This document shows positions 1 through 20,185 of a DNA stretch of 64,000 nucleotides, one piece after another. Within the stretch, counting starts at the first letter, position 1; each line of letters starts with the position of its first letter. The DNA lies in assembly GCF_009914755.1 (NCBI RefSeq), contig NC_060932.1. One strand, written 5' to 3'. The notes beneath the pieces are model-generated. The model searched no databases. It saw nothing but the letters and a program-made list of their open reading frames with translations, and was not told the DNA's origin. The stretch is from the human T2T-CHM13v2.0 reference genome, Homo sapiens. A program made the position numbers and the translations under genes.

Positions 1-1124
1 CTCAAGCAGTCCTCCTGCCTCGGCCTCCCAAAATGCTGGGATTATAGTGCTTCTGATTTCTAGCATTTCTTATGGTTCTTTCTTAGAATTTCCATTTCTC
101 TGCTTTCATTTCCCATCTTTTGTTGAATGCTATCTACTTTATCCATTAGAGCCTTTATGCATATGAATCATAGCTGTTTTAAATTCCCAGTCTGATAATT
201 CCAACATCCCTGCCATGTCTGAATCCGGTTCTGATGCTTGCTCCATCTCTTCAAATGTGTTTTCTGCCTTTTAATATGCCTTATAATGTTTTGTTTAGTA
301 ACATGGGAGTGAGGCGTCCGTGTGTCTTAGGTAACCCCCAGCAGGTTTCCATGAATATCAGACCCTTCACATCCTCTCTACTCTCTATTCCTGCCTACCT
401 GGCCCAGGTCTTCCCGCGGTGATTGGCTCTGAGCTGGCTCTTACCCAGCATAGCAGATGTAATGCTCCCTCTAGCCCATATCCCTGGAGTAGGGTAAGAT
501 GGATCTTCTTGCTCAGATGTTTGGGTTAGCAAAGGCACCCCTAAAGGAGATGGATGGCCCCGCCATGGAATGTGTCCAGAGCCCTGGATGTTGTCCAGGT
601 GCCTGGGGAGCTAAGCCATTAGTTCCACTGTCTGACTTCAGTCTCTCCCTGGTGCCGGGAGAGATTGATTGAGCCCATGCCCTCGGGATGGGGGTGGCAG
701 AGTGGGAGTGGAGAGGGAGGAGGAGCTGCAGTAAGTCAGACAGATGGGGTGTCACAGGATTGGCGACTTGCCTTTCCCAAGAGGGAATGTGGTGGGGTCG
801 GGGAGGGAGCCCAAGGAGAAGGAAGCTTCAGCCCTGTTGACCCTGTCTCCAGCAATTACCGGAGGGGCCGTGATCCCTCTGATACCTGCACAGGGAACAG
901 ATGCAGTTGTGGCCAGCATGCTAGGTCACTTTCTTCTGCCAGTGCACTATGGGCCCTAAATGGATCCCAGATGCTCTGCTGCAAAAGGGGGCTTTCTTCC
1001 AGCATCCCAGCCTATCTTGAGACAAAGAGAATGAAGAATGGGGATGGGGATATGCTGGGGGGATTCCCATTTCTCTGATGCAATCTAGAAAAACAAGCCA
1101 AAGTTATCCAAACATTACCCAATG

Positions 1125-1308
1125 GCAACAACACACATTGGGGACTACTAGGGGGGCGGAGGGTGGGGGCCAGGGCTAAAAAGTTTCCTATTGGGTACCG
1201 TGCTTACTACCTGAGTGATGAGATCAGTGGTACCGCAAACCTCAGCATCATGCATATATCCATGTAACAAATCTGCATGTGTATCCCCGAGTATAAAATA
1301 AAAGCTGA
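1125..1308 (+). mobile_element. Old L1 3' end fragment (L1PB/L1PA16-like)
   Basis: aaacctcagcatca..catgtaacaaatctgcatgtgtatcccc..aaaataaaag motif typical of L1 3' UTRs. Confidence 0.75.
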
Positions 1309-2282
1309 TTTTTTTTAAGTTATCAAAGAAAGTCCAGGAGGCACATGTACTGCAAAATAATGTTAGTGCACGGGGTCAAAGTACTGGCACTCAGTAAATC
1401 AGTGGCTACCTAACTTAGCATTTCCTACAAAGAGCTAGATTAGCAAGTCTCAACCAAGAAAGGGACTTTTCTTTTAATTCTGGAAAGTAGGAGGTAGCTT
1501 GAAAACACTATCCTCCCTCCCTCCCATGCCCAATGGCAGAGGATAACCCTGTTCAGTGTTACAGAAGGGGAAACCCTTTACAAATGATTTAGCAACTCTA
1601 ACCTTAAGGAGCTCAGCCTCATTAGAGAGATCACTTTCCCACGCTAAATCATAACCATGGAAGGTAGAAAAACCCCAGAGATTCAGTCTCCTTGTTTTAG
1701 ATAAGAAACCTGAAGCCCAGAGAAAGAACGAGAGTTGCTGGAAAGTCCAGCTTTGCTTATGGGAAGGATTACAGGTTTAATATAAAACAGATGAAAACCT
1801 AAATCTGAATCTGAACTGGTCCCCTCAACAGAGTGTGTTTGCATGTAAGTGTGCAAGTGCATGCCCATCTGTGTGTCTTGTGTAGCACTGTAGTTCTGAG
1901 TCAGTGTACTTTGACACAGTGGTGTGTGGCTCACCTGCAAACCATAGCAAGCAATTAGTGATCAATATGTAAAATGCATTTCTTCGACATACCATTACAA
2001 AATATGTGTTGGCTAGAACATGGAGCTGAGAGGGTCCTGTAACATGGCATGGATATAACCTGCAGTTACATGCATGAGGGTCTGAAGTGAATGCACCACA
2101 AAAGAGCTTTATCTCATGAGTAATTCAACCAGCACGATGGCGCAGGAAGCAGTTCTGTTCCAACAGCATCATGATACCCAAAGATGGCCAAAAGAATAAG
2201 GCAATAAGAGTGAATTTGAAAGTGGGTCACAGGCATGAAAAACCTAAGCCCACTTCCTAATTGATAGAGAAAGTTCAAGATA

Positions 2283-2647
<365 letters not shown>

Positions 2648-2925
2648 CTATGGCCAGGGCAGAGGCTGGAATGGAGGAGACCCCTAGGACAGCCCTTAGC
2701 TATGCTGTGGGGCCTCTTTGGACCTCTCATTTTGGCCGTCCTCATCGCCAGTTCTCTAGAGCACAGCAAGCTGCCGTCTGTCCCTGCAGGCTCCCTCTGA
2801 GGCTGATCTCCTCCATAATCCAACCCTGCTTGCCCTCGTTGTCAATCGGAAAAAGTTCATGCATGGATTTACGCTGTGTATTGGATTACTTGTATTTCAA
2901 GTTTGTAATCTAAAGAAATAAATTT

Positions 2926-3325
<400 letters not shown>

Positions 3326-3569
3326 ATTTCTAATACCGACACATAATACTGGAACTTCAGCCCTTAAGTCATCACACAGGAGGTCACTGTCTCTCTCCGT
3401 GAGTGCCAGCATATCCTCAGCTCTAGAGCAACTATGATGTCCTGTGTTTTTGAAACTGCTTCCTGCACTCCCTGTATTGTTCGCTTACTTGTGGCCTGCG
3501 TTTATGCCCTTAGTGTCTGTTTAAACTGGAGCCATATTCCAAAATCTGCCATTCTCTCTTTTTCTAAAA

Positions 3570-5040
<1,471 letters not shown>

Positions 5041-5479
5041 ATCTGGCTTTCTTTTTACAGAAGATTTAAAAGGAACCTGAAATATGTTTCTGGCTTGAAT
5101 ACACTTTAAATGGCAAGAAAATTAAGAGATTCTTCCGGAGATGGATAACAAACCCACTTGTTTATTCAGTTCCATTCCGCCAACCCTTGCTGCACTCCCA
5201 AAATATAGTCTTTTAGAACCTGTGGAGATAAAAAGGAATAAGTCAAAGATTCTGCATAGACTTTTTACTAATTCAGATGAGCTTCCTCTGAATTAATTCA
5301 AGTAGTAAAATTTCTTTCTATTGTTTTAATTTCTTCAAATTCCTTCTGTTTCCCTATGCTCATTTTTTTCATTTCTTCCCCAAATTATAATTTAGGTAGC
5401 TGATGCTCATGTAAAAATACGTTTCTTTAGTTACATCTCTAACATGGTCAAGAATATCTAAAACAAACCAAGAGTCGAC

Positions 5480-6950
<1,471 letters not shown>

Positions 6951-7031
6951 ATACAGCTTTATAGAATAATCCAGTGCCATTGCATGTCCACAGCTGGAAA
7001 ACAAAAAAAGTAGAATCGAAACAAATATGTC

Positions 7032-7375
7032 GGCTGGCCGCGGTGGCTCACGCCTGTAATCCCAGCACTTTCGGAGGCTGAGGAGGATGGATCACTTGAG
7101 GTCAGAAGTTCGAGACTAGCCTGGCCACCGTGGTGAATCCCCATTTCTACTAAAAATACAAAAATTAGCCAGGCCGGAGGTGGCAGACGCCTGCAATCCC
7201 AGCTACTCAGGAGGCTGAGGCACGAGAATCGCTTGAAGCAGAGAAGCGGAGGTTGCAGGGAGCCGAGACTGCACCACTGCACTCCAGCCTGGGCAACGAG
7301 AGAGACTCTATCTCAAAACAACAGCAACAACAACAACAACAACAACAACAAAAAAAAAAAAAAAAAAAAAAAAAC
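7032..7375 (+). mobile_element. Alu with (CAA)n/A tail
   Basis: Full Alu; flanking acaaatat repeat. Confidence 0.95.
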
Positions 7376-7759
7376 ACAAATATAACCATTTAAGCACCAT
7401 TAATTCATATTGTTCTAGAACTTTTTACCTTTGCAACAAGATAACGAAAACAAATAGGTAATCAAACCACGACTATTATTTCTGTTTAAAAGGTACACTA
7501 GTAATTGTTATATTATGACTTGTGTTTTTCTATATAAAAATAACTTCAATATAGCTATCAAAAAAGAGAAAAAATCATTTACATAGGTAGTGTTATTGTA
7601 TAAAACAACAGAAATAGCTAAAATTCTCATGATTAGTAATAATTAGTAACATGACTAGTCATAAAATAATATACAACAAAACAGTGGTTTACCTACTTTA
7701 CAGAAATAACTAATGAGAAAATATAACAGGAAATAATACCATTCTAAAATCTAATAAAA

Positions 7760-8056
7760 GTCCAGGCACAGTGGCTCATACCTGTATTCCCAGCAGTTTG
7801 GGAGTCCGAGGTGGGTAGATCACCTGAGGCCAGGAGTTCAAGACTAGCTTGGCCAACATGGTGAAACCCTGTCTCTACTAAAAATACAAAAATTAGCTGG
7901 GTGTGGTGGCAGGCACCTGTAATCCCATGTACTCAGGAAGCTAAGGCAAGAGAATTGCTTGAACCCAGGAGGCGGAGGTTGCAGTGAGCCAAGATCACAC
8001 AATTGCACTCCAGCCTAGGCAACAAGAATGAAACTCTGTCTCAAATAAATAAATAA
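7760..8056 (+). mobile_element. Alu (AluS)
   Basis: Full Alu; TSD aaaatctaataaaag. Confidence 0.95.
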
Positions 8057-8111
8057 AATCTAATAAAAGATAACATCCCAAGGAATAAACTTTTTTAATA
8101 TGAAGGCCCTA

Positions 8112-8482
<371 letters not shown>

Positions 8483-9244
8483 TCAGATAAATCAAGGGAT
8501 GTGATTTGTTCTTAGATGCACAGACTCAAAAATAATAAAGACAGCAATCCTTTCTCAAATTATCTCATAAATTTAAGGCAATTCCAATTTTTAAAATAAG
8601 AAAAAGTAATCTAAAGTTCATCAGGAAGAAATGAGCAACTATTTGTGCTAACAAAAAACTAAAAGTGTTAACATTAACAGTGTTAACTGCAGAGAAGAAA
8701 GAGAGAGAGCCTATACTTTTTATTTTACACCCTATTCACCGCATATAATATTGGCCATGACATGCATTGCTTTTCTTTTTCTATTATGAAATATTTTTGT
8801 GTTGGGTTTTAGAAAAAAACAACTGAAAATATACAATAATAGTAAAGAAAAATTAAAACAATAATGGCATCTCATCAGTTCTTAAAATATATAATGAAGT
8901 TAAGATAATCAAAAGTTATAATAATTAGCTCATGAAAGTGATATGCTGTAAATAGACTAGAGAGTACAAGAAAAAAATCTAAAATGTATGTAAGTATTTG
9001 GTATAAGATAAAAGTGGTATCTGAGACCCCTGGGGACATCATAGATGCCTAGTAATATTGGGGTAGCTGAATAAGCCTGAGAGGGAAAAAAAACAAGAGT
9101 TCTTGCTCACAATGTATTCCACATTTTTAAATAGATTAAAAATGACTGGAGGAAAATATAAGAATAGATTTATATAATTTTAAGATAAGGGAAGTTTTTC
9201 TAAACTTAACACCAAAAGGAAAAAGCACAAAAAAGACCAATATA

Positions 9245-9530
9245 GCCGGGCGCAGTGGCTCACGCCTATAATCCTTGGGAGATCAAGGTGGGAGGATCAC
9301 TTGAGCCCAAGAGTTTGAGACTAGCCTAGGAAACACAGTGCGACCCCATCTCTACAAAAATAAAAATAAAACATTAGCAGGGCATGTGGTGGGTGCCTGT
9401 AGTCCTAGCTACTGTGGAGGCTGAAGTGGGAGGACCACTTGAGCCCCGGAGGTTGAGGCTGCAGGGAGCTGTGATTGCATCACTACACACCAGCCTGGGT
9501 AACAGAGCAAGACCCTGTTTCAAAGGAAAA
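9245..9530 (+). mobile_element. Alu (AluJ-like)
   Basis: Alu body; TSD aaaaaagaccaata. Confidence 0.9.
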
Positions 9531-10387
9531 AAAAGACCAATAGATTTGACTACGTTTACACTTCTGTTTTTTGAAAAAGAAGAAGAAATAAAATTGAAAG
9601 ATAAATAAATGCAGATAATATTTGCAACATGTATAACATAAACAGTATTTATAAATCAACAGCAAAATAATATTCCAATACAAAAATAAGCAAAGGAAAT
9701 AAGCTGGTGAATCACAAAATCATGTTTATTAAAGGGTCAATAAACATGATTAAATTTTTAACTTCTTTAGCAATCAATAAAATGAAAATTATAACTACAA
9801 TAGAATAGCATTTTATGTTTATCGTATTGTAGAAGGAAAAATCAAGATAATACCCAGTGATAACAGGAACGCAAAGCACAGGGCATTCTCATACATCTCA
9901 GGGGGGGCAGTTTGACAATTTGTCTGAAAAGCCTTCGAAAGTATGTTTAATCACTGACTAGCAATCCAATTCCTAGGAATTTATATTAAGAAAGAAGTTA
10001 AGAATGTACATAAATATGTATGTACAAAATGTTTATTATAGTTTGACTCATAATAGCAAAATATTGAGTAAAATGTCCAGAAACAGAGATTAGTTTTTAA
10101 AATTATGGGACAATTATACTCTTTAATTTATATGGAAATACAAAGGGCCTAGAATAGTCAGTCTTGAAGAAGAGCAGCTGTATCACCTGCATTTAGAACA
10201 CTTTCTGTTTTAAAGAGAATGTTAAAGTAAATATAACAGAATATTAAGATTTAGTAAATCCAAGTGGTAGGAACACAGGTATTGTATTATTTTCTGCATT
10301 TTTGTGTTTTTGAAAGACTTCATAATTTTTTAATATCTAAGGAAACTAGACTTGCTCTCAATATAACAGCTTGAAAGATCCAGCAAT

Positions 10388-10545
10388 GGGACCAGCTACA
10401 GTGGCTCAGGTCTGTAATCCCAGCACTTTGGGAGGCCAAGGAAGGAGGATCACTTTGAGTCCAGGAGTTCAAAACCAGCCTGGGCAAAATAGCAAGATTA
10501 TGTCTCTAAATTAAAAATACATTAAAAATAAATTTAAAAAAAGAA
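10388..10545 (+). mobile_element. Alu monomer (FLAM/left arm)
   Basis: Single arm followed by an A-rich tail. Confidence 0.8.
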
Positions 10546-10576
10546 TGACCCAACACTGGAACCAGACACATCCTAG

Positions 10577-10898
<322 letters not shown>

Positions 10899-11670
10899 AT
10901 ATCCAGCTATTTGATGATCCTTGGTCAAGTGTCAGTCTGCTGTGGATGGACCGATGGGCCTGGTGACCTCCAAAGTCCCTTTCAGCACTGAAAGTCCTGA
11001 TATCTGTGACTATGGAACTGGAATTCCTGGAATTGGACAAAGGTATAAGGAAACTTAGTAACTGCTGAGGGAAAATGGTGAACCTGTGTTCTTTGTCTCA
11101 TAAATACGTAGAGAGACCCAAGCTCATCTAGAAGGATAAGTAAGGTTTACACAGAGAGAGTTAAGGGAGAAAGTAGCTCCAGAAAAAATTGAGCAACACC
11201 ACCTTGGACCCTGAAAATCCAAAGCAGACCTGGGAATAAAGTAAGCAACAACATAACAAAGACGAAATGGGTGCGTCTGGGTCACAAAGCACTCCATTGT
11301 GAAATACTTGACTTAAATATTGACAGCAACCAAAGTGCTACAGACCAACTGGCCTTGCTCCATTAAAAAGTTTTCCATGGGCAGTCTCATACAGTGCTGG
11401 TGAGAATTTAAATTGTACAATTATTTTGGAAGGCAATTTAGCAACACATATTTTTTAAAAATACTTTTCAATTGTACATAGCCTTTGACCCAGCAATTTC
11501 ACTTATAGGATTTTTTTCCTAAGGAAATGGTCAAAAATGTCCTCAAAAATGTATTTATCAAGGCTATTGATTGCAGATAACATAAATATTTACAAAAATC
11601 AGAGAAAACAAATCTCCAATAATCTAGTACTAATCAGGTTGTATACAAATAAAGGAATATGAAGCAGCAA

Positions 11671-11940
11671 TTTTTTTAAGAGATAAGGTCTTGCTCCGTT
11701 GCCCAGGCTGAGGTGCAGTGACACAATCATAGTTCACTGCAGCCTTGACCTCCTGGGGTCAAGGGATCCTCCTGCTTCAGCCTCCCCAGAAGCTGAGACT
11801 ATAGTTATGTGCCACCACACTCAGCTAATTTTTTGCAGAGATGGAATCTCACTATGTTGCCCAGACTGATGTCCAACTCCTAGCCACAAGCAATCCTCCC
11901 ACCTGTGCCTCCCAAAGTGCTAGGATTACCGCACCCAGCC
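11671..11940 (-). mobile_element. Alu (AluJ-like)
   Basis: Antisense Alu; TSD gaagcagc(c)aattt. Confidence 0.9.
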
Positions 11941-12649
11941 AGAAGCAGCCAATTTAAAAAATGACATTCTTACTTGTAGATTATTGCATGATCATTGTTC
12001 TAGTCCTTTAAAGTGCTTTTACACAATGCGTATTTATTCAGTTTAGTCAATTAATTAAAAGTTATAGAATCTCCTGTGTCAAATCTCTTAGCAGATAGAA
12101 AATTAATAATTCTTTGTTCTATACTTGTCATACTTTTTGTTACAAAAGTAATAAATGCATTGTAAATCTGTTTTTAAAAAAGTCATGTACACCACATTTA
12201 GCTGTCCATAACTAGCGGTGACACTTTAGCATGAACACCCTCAAATCTTTTCCTGTGCACATCACATATTTATGTTTTAATAACTTCAAGATTACACATT
12301 TAAAATGATCACAGTAAGAATAAAGAAATAAAAAATGACATGCTTGAAGAATATTTGGGAATGTGAATAAAATACTCAATGATTATGTTACATGAATAAG
12401 GCAGGTTATAAAATAGTATCTGATTTCATTTTGTGACCAGTGGGAAAAAGAGTCTCTACTCATTCTGAAACCTTTCACAAGTAGCAAAACTTCTCTAAAT
12501 CTTCTCTTCTATAAACAGTGGTCTACTCTTACGTCTTGAAAGGATTAAATGGATAATATTTAGGTGAGGGTTCTCATAAACTTCAAATGATAGTACAAAT
12601 TAAAGGTGGTAAGAGATGGTGGAGAAAGAAAAAAACATTTTAAAGAAAT

Positions 12650-12946
12650 ATTATTATTATTATTTTGAGACGGAGTCTCACTCTGTTGCCCAGGCTGGAG
12701 TGCAGTGGTAACATCTGGGCTCACTGCAACCTCTGCCTCCCGGGTTCAAACCATTCTTGTGCCTCAGCCTCCTGAATAGCTGAGACTACAGGCATGCACC
12801 ACCATGCCGAGCTAATTTTTGTATTTTTAGTAGAGACAGGGATTCACCATGTTGGCCAGGCTGGTCTCGAACTCCTAACCTCAAGTGATCCACGCACCTC
12901 GCCCTCCCAAAGTGCTGGGATTACAGGCATGAGCCACTGCACCCAG
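12650..12946 (-). mobile_element. Alu
   Basis: Antisense Alu with (TTA)n tail. Confidence 0.95.
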
Positions 12947-13026
12947 CTTTGCCCTCCTATTTTGGTACCATCAGATGCAGAGTGTCCGGGACAAAAGAGG
13001 GGCTCTGCTGGCGCCCAGCTCCAAAA

Positions 13027-13177
13027 CATGCCTGTAGTCTAGCTTACTCAGGAGGCTGAGGCAGTTGAATAGCCTGAACCTGAGAGGCGGAGGTTGCAGT
13101 GAGCCGAGATCAAGCCACCGCGCTCCAGCCTGGGTGACAAAAGTGAAACTCCATCTCAAAAAAAAAAAAAAAAAAGA
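13027..13177 (+). mobile_element. 5'-truncated Alu (right arm)
   Basis: catgcctgtagtc.. through polyA. Confidence 0.9.
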
Positions 13178-13706
13178 ATTAGAAGGCACATGGGCTCTGT
13201 CTGCCCTGGAGGAGTTTCCTTGGGAACCTAAACATTTTGAAAGATATTTACACAGCTCCAAACTAATAAATGCCGAATCCCCAGCTTGGTCCCCAAGGCT
13301 GGCCCCTTCCACCCAGGAGGCTCAGCTGTCCCCTCCTGTGTCCCACGGCCCCAGCGAGGCCTCTCCTCAGTTCCTCTAATCCACCATGCACCTCCTTCTT
13401 CCAGGCCTTGACACTCGCTGTTCCCTTGGCCAAGAGCAATCTCCCCCCATTTCTCTCCCTGGATAATTCCTACCCATCTCCCAAAACTCTGTCCAAATGT
13501 CACTTCTACAAGGCTGCCTCTCAGGCTGGGTTCTGTTCCACGGACGCGCTCTGTCTGGTAGCATCCCGTACTTCACCTTTATAGCTCTCAATTATGACTG
13601 AAATTCCTAAGTTTTATATTAATAACTTGTTTTTTTGTATCTTCCCTCCCAGCTTCTGGCCATCTTGTTCTCTGCTGTCTCCCCTGTGCCGAGCACAGAG
13701 CCTTGC

Positions 13707-14033
13707 TGTTATTTATAGACTGAATGTGTCCCCCCAGAATTCATCATCCCCAATGTGAGGATATTTGGAGCTGGGTGCTTTAGGAGGTGATCAGGTCATG
13801 AGGCAGAGCCTTCATGAATAGGATGAGCGTCCATAGAGACCACAGAGAGATCCCTCACCTCTCCAAGTGAGGACACAGGGAAAAGATGCCATCTGGGAAC
13901 CAGAGCCCTTGCCAGACACTGATCTGCCAACAGCTTGATCTGGGACTTCCCAGCCCCAGAACTGTGAGAAATAACTTTCTGTTTACAAGTCACCAGTTTA
14001 TAGTATTTTGTTACAGCAGCCCAAATTGACACT
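13707..14033 (+). mobile_element. MaLR LTR (MLT1A-like)
   Basis: gactgaatgtgtcccccca..ccagaactgtgagaaataa..gttacagcagccc motifs. Confidence 0.8.
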
Positions 14034-14069
14034 TTCATAGTAAGGACTCATAGTAAACATGTGCCGAAC

Positions 14070-15505
<1,436 letters not shown>

Positions 15506-15685
15506 TAAAGCAAAATGTAAGAACCACCTCTTTTTTATTGAACAAACTGAGGCGCAGGGAGGTCAGTGACCCCTCCAAGGTCTCACAGTCAAGATCCGAA
15601 TTAGATATAAGGGCACAGCAACAAGAGATCGCAGGTCCACAGTATAGACATAAATGCCACACTGTGCGATATTTTGTTTAGACCC

Positions 15686-16128
15686 TGTAGGGGGTTGAAT
15701 AGTGTCTCCAAAAAAGGTATGTCTAAGTCCTAACCTGCTGGTACCTGTTACTATCACCTTATTTGGGAATAGGATTATTGCCAATGTAATTAAAGATATC
15801 AGGAAGAAATCATCCTGGGTTTAAGGTGAGCCCCACATCTAATGACTGGTATCCTTATGGGAAGAGGAGAGAACACAGAGAAGAAGGCAATGTGAAGATG
15901 GAAGCCAAAATTGGAGTGATGTGTCTCTAAGCCACGAATGCCATGGACTCCTGCAACCACCAGAACCCAGGAGAAAAGCAGAGCCCAGTTTCTCCCTCAC
16001 ATCCTCCAGGAGGAACCAAATCTTTGACACCTCGATTTCAGACTTCTAAACTGGAAGGGAAGACGTTTCTATTGTCTTAAGCCACCCAGCTTGTGGTAAT
16101 CGTTAAACCAGCCCAAGGAAACCAACAT
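15686..16128 (+). mobile_element. MaLR LTR (MLT1B/C-like)
   Basis: tgtagggggttgaatagtgtctccaaaa..ttaagccacccagcttgtggtaa..ggaaaccaaca. Confidence 0.8.
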
Positions 16129-17736
16129 AGTCCTCATTAAGCTTGCAAACTCATCTGGTACCACCCTGAACACTCCAAAACATCTGCATTCATCCCGGAA
16201 CCAAACAGTTCTTTCCAACATGGCAGCCCAGAGAATCCCCCCTGCTTAAGAACATGCAAGGCTAACGAAGCTTGAGCTTCATGGCCCATCATTTGCATAT
16301 GCTGGGAGCCCTGGCAACTTTGTTTTCATAATTTCACATTCTTTTTCTTACAGTGCCTACCGCCTCCCCTCAAATTCTTTTATTTTTATTTTTTATTTTA
16401 TTTTATTTTCAGAGGGGGGTCTCACTCTGTGGCCCAGGCTATAGTACAGTGGAGTGATCATAGCTCATTGCACCCCCAACCTAAATTTTATTTATAAGCT
16501 TCAAAAAACATGAAACATGAATCCACCCCTGCCTTTACGGTAAAATGTAAGTTGTTAGCTGGATAGCCAGAGGACTTTGCCCCCAGCCTCACCCTGTCTC
16601 TCCAGACCCCACTCCCACACGCTGCCTGCCCAAGCCCTCCCTTCTGCTCAGATGACCCCTTGGGGCTCCCTGCCCATGCTGCCCACTTTCCCCCCTCCAC
16701 ACTGCAGCTCAGGGCAGTCCTGTGCTTCTCTACTTATAGATTTTTCTTCCCATAATACCTAGTTCAAGCCTGGTTCTGCTTGGACGGTATTTCTTGTCCT
16801 CCCTAGCCAGTGGAAGTCAGCTTCCTCCTGCAGAACTCTCTAGTTTGCATTGCTTTTACCTTTTACAAACTCCTCTCCCCGCCATCATTGTCCATCACTT
16901 TCTCTGATGCTCCAGGCATTTAGAAAAAGAAAGGGGCCAGAGAAACAGACCTCCTAGGCACAGCCCACTCCCCTCCCTCCTTTTCTTCTTTCTGCCTCTC
17001 CCAAATCTGTATGACTCCACAGTCTCATCCCAAATGCAATCCTAAGGCCCCCCCAAAAGTCAGGCCAGTCATGTTCTGATTTTCTCTTTCTTCTCTTGGA
17101 GAAGTTTATATCCTGGGCTGCATGGAAACCTCAGTATCTATCTGAATATCTCAGAGCTATCTAAAATCTTCCTAAAGGGTGTGGTCTGGCCATCCCATAT
17201 GGGAGCTTACATAGTCTAAATCTCCCCTGCATGTAGATCCAGATTCCTCTGTCTGGTTTGGAGACATAGAGCTGGCTGTGGTGGGGCCTCATCCCTCACC
17301 ACCACCCCCGCAAGTTTGATAAACTTCAAAAACGACAAAACATGAATCCACCCCTGCTTTAGGGTAAAATGTAAGTTCTTAACTGGACAGTCAGAAAACC
17401 CCACCCCCAGCCTCGCCCTGTCTCTTCAGATCCACCTCCGACCTGCTCAGCTGACCTTCTCAGAGCTCCCTGCACAGGCTGAACACTTTGATGGTGTAAT
17501 GAACACACCATCTCTAAGTGACTTCAAAGAGAAAGCTGGCTTAGACAGCATCCCGAAAGACATTTGCTTAATGTCTCAGTTCTTGTAGGAACCTAAGCAT
17601 TTCCTGTTGTGCACATCACTTTATTTGGATAGTAAAGGAAAAGATGACTGTGCAAAGCTAGAATACTTGGGGACTTTTGGGATGACCCAGGCAGAGTTTC
17701 ATTTGTGGTCACCTATGAGTTAGCTTATAAAAGTCC

Positions 17737-18024
17737 AGATGGGGTTACACCTTGATAAACTCATCATAAGCCAAAAATCTAATAAGTTAAAGATGCATTT
17801 GATATACCTAACCTCCCAAACACCATAGCTTACCCTTGCCTGCCTTAAAAGTGCTCAGAACACTTATATTAGCCTACAGCTGGGCAATGTGATCTAATAA
17901 AAAGCCTATTTTATAATAAGGTGTTGAACATCTCATGTAATTTATTTACTACTATACATTACATTGAAATTGCAATGGTTTAACACCATCTTAAAGTTGA
18001 AAAATCATTGAGTAGGAGACTGTG
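17737..18024 (+). mobile_element. MER47A-like Tigger DNA transposon
   Basis: gatggggttaca..gtgctcagaacactta..agcctattttataataa motifs match my recall of MER47. Confidence 0.75.
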
Positions 18025-18906
18025 TAGAAAAGAGGATGGAGATAGATAGCGAGCTTAAATTTTGCATTCCTTGTGGTTCTATAGTATTTCCTTAATGATT
18101 TAGATCAGAATGTCTTCTTTAGTCCATATTCATCAAGATAGATGACAGTTTGCTTTTTTATCGCATGTCAACATCCTTACAGATATCCACATGGGATTCT
18201 TGCTGATGGTACCCTTCTCTGTTTGGAGTGATCCTGAAATGTTACAGTTTGCTTCAATGCGTAAGTATAAATGCCCCAGGAAGAATAAGCTTAAGGTGTC
18301 ATCATTCCTTCATTTGTGTCCGCATAGTGTGCTAGTATAAGGACACAGCCACCTCACAGGCAATTAAGGGACCTGACGTTATGCCCAAGAGTGTTGAGTT
18401 TGTGTATGTAGCCTGGCCTGAAATAACCGGTTTTCTAGAATCGGGCCTCCTGCTGAGCTTAAAGGAAATCCCATCATTTCTCAGTACCTTAATTTCCCTT
18501 TTCACAAAATTGAAATTAGAACTGCTTGCCTCACTGGAGGACTCTCTGAGGACTCACTAGTTGACATCTGTAAATATTTTGAGGCTGAAAATGATTATGA
18601 AAATCAGATGTGCAACTATCCACATGTGCCTGACGTATGTACTGAAACCAGAAAGGGTCTTCCACAAATCAGGGTGTGGGTGTGAAAGGGACTTAATACA
18701 AGTCGGCCTTGGTGGTTCCATGAACATCTTGAGAGGTTCTCTCTGGAACTCACCCTTCCAAGGGAATGACTGGGGAGAGAGATGCTGTGGGCAACACATT
18801 AACATTCAGAGAGAGACGATGAATGTGGGGAAGGAGCCCCAAATTACAGGGTCAGAAGACCTGGATGCGTATTCTAACTCTACCACATTTTTGGCCGGCA
18901 GCCTTT

Positions 18907-19670
<764 letters not shown>

Positions 19671-19829
19671 CCTTTAAACTAGTATTTGGTAGAGTAACTC
19701 ATTTTCCCTGTACTGAATTCAGAGCCATTTCATTTTATCACTCGAGCCAGATTCTTGGCTAGGCATTAACTAAAACTGCATAGTTTCATTAAATATATTT
19801 CAGAAAATGTGGTTAAAACTAGCCAGTTC

Positions 19830-20185
19830 AAGCCCGGGTGCAGTGGTTCACACCTGTAATCCCAGCACTTTGGGACACCTGAGGTCAGGAGTTGGAGATC
19901 AGCCCGGCCAACATGGTGAAACACCATCTCTAATGAAAATACAAAAATTAGCCGGGAGTAGTGGCATGCACCTGTAATCCCAGTTACCTGTAATCCCAGA
20001 TTACATGGTGGCATGCATGTAATCCCAATTACATGCACCTGTAATCCGGAGTCTGAGGCAGGAGAATCACTTGAACCCAGGAGGCAGAGGTTGCAGTGAG
20101 CCAAGATTGCGCTACTGCACTCTAGCCTGGGCGACAGAACAAGACTCTCTCTCGAAAGAAAGAGAGAGAGAAAAGAAAAGAAAAG
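19830..20185 (+). mobile_element. Alu with internal deletion and patchwork insertion
   Basis: Alu body lacking ~20 nt in the left arm; extra ~60 nt at 19988-20046. Confidence 0.9.

Noticed and set aside
665-1078. 137-aa ORF in G-rich unique sequence
   Set aside because: Non-ATG start, no recognisable homology, and no exon structure that I can support.
19961-20050. CRISPR-like repeated TGTAATCC units
   Set aside because: Alu-derived, with irregular non-unique spacers, in a human locus.
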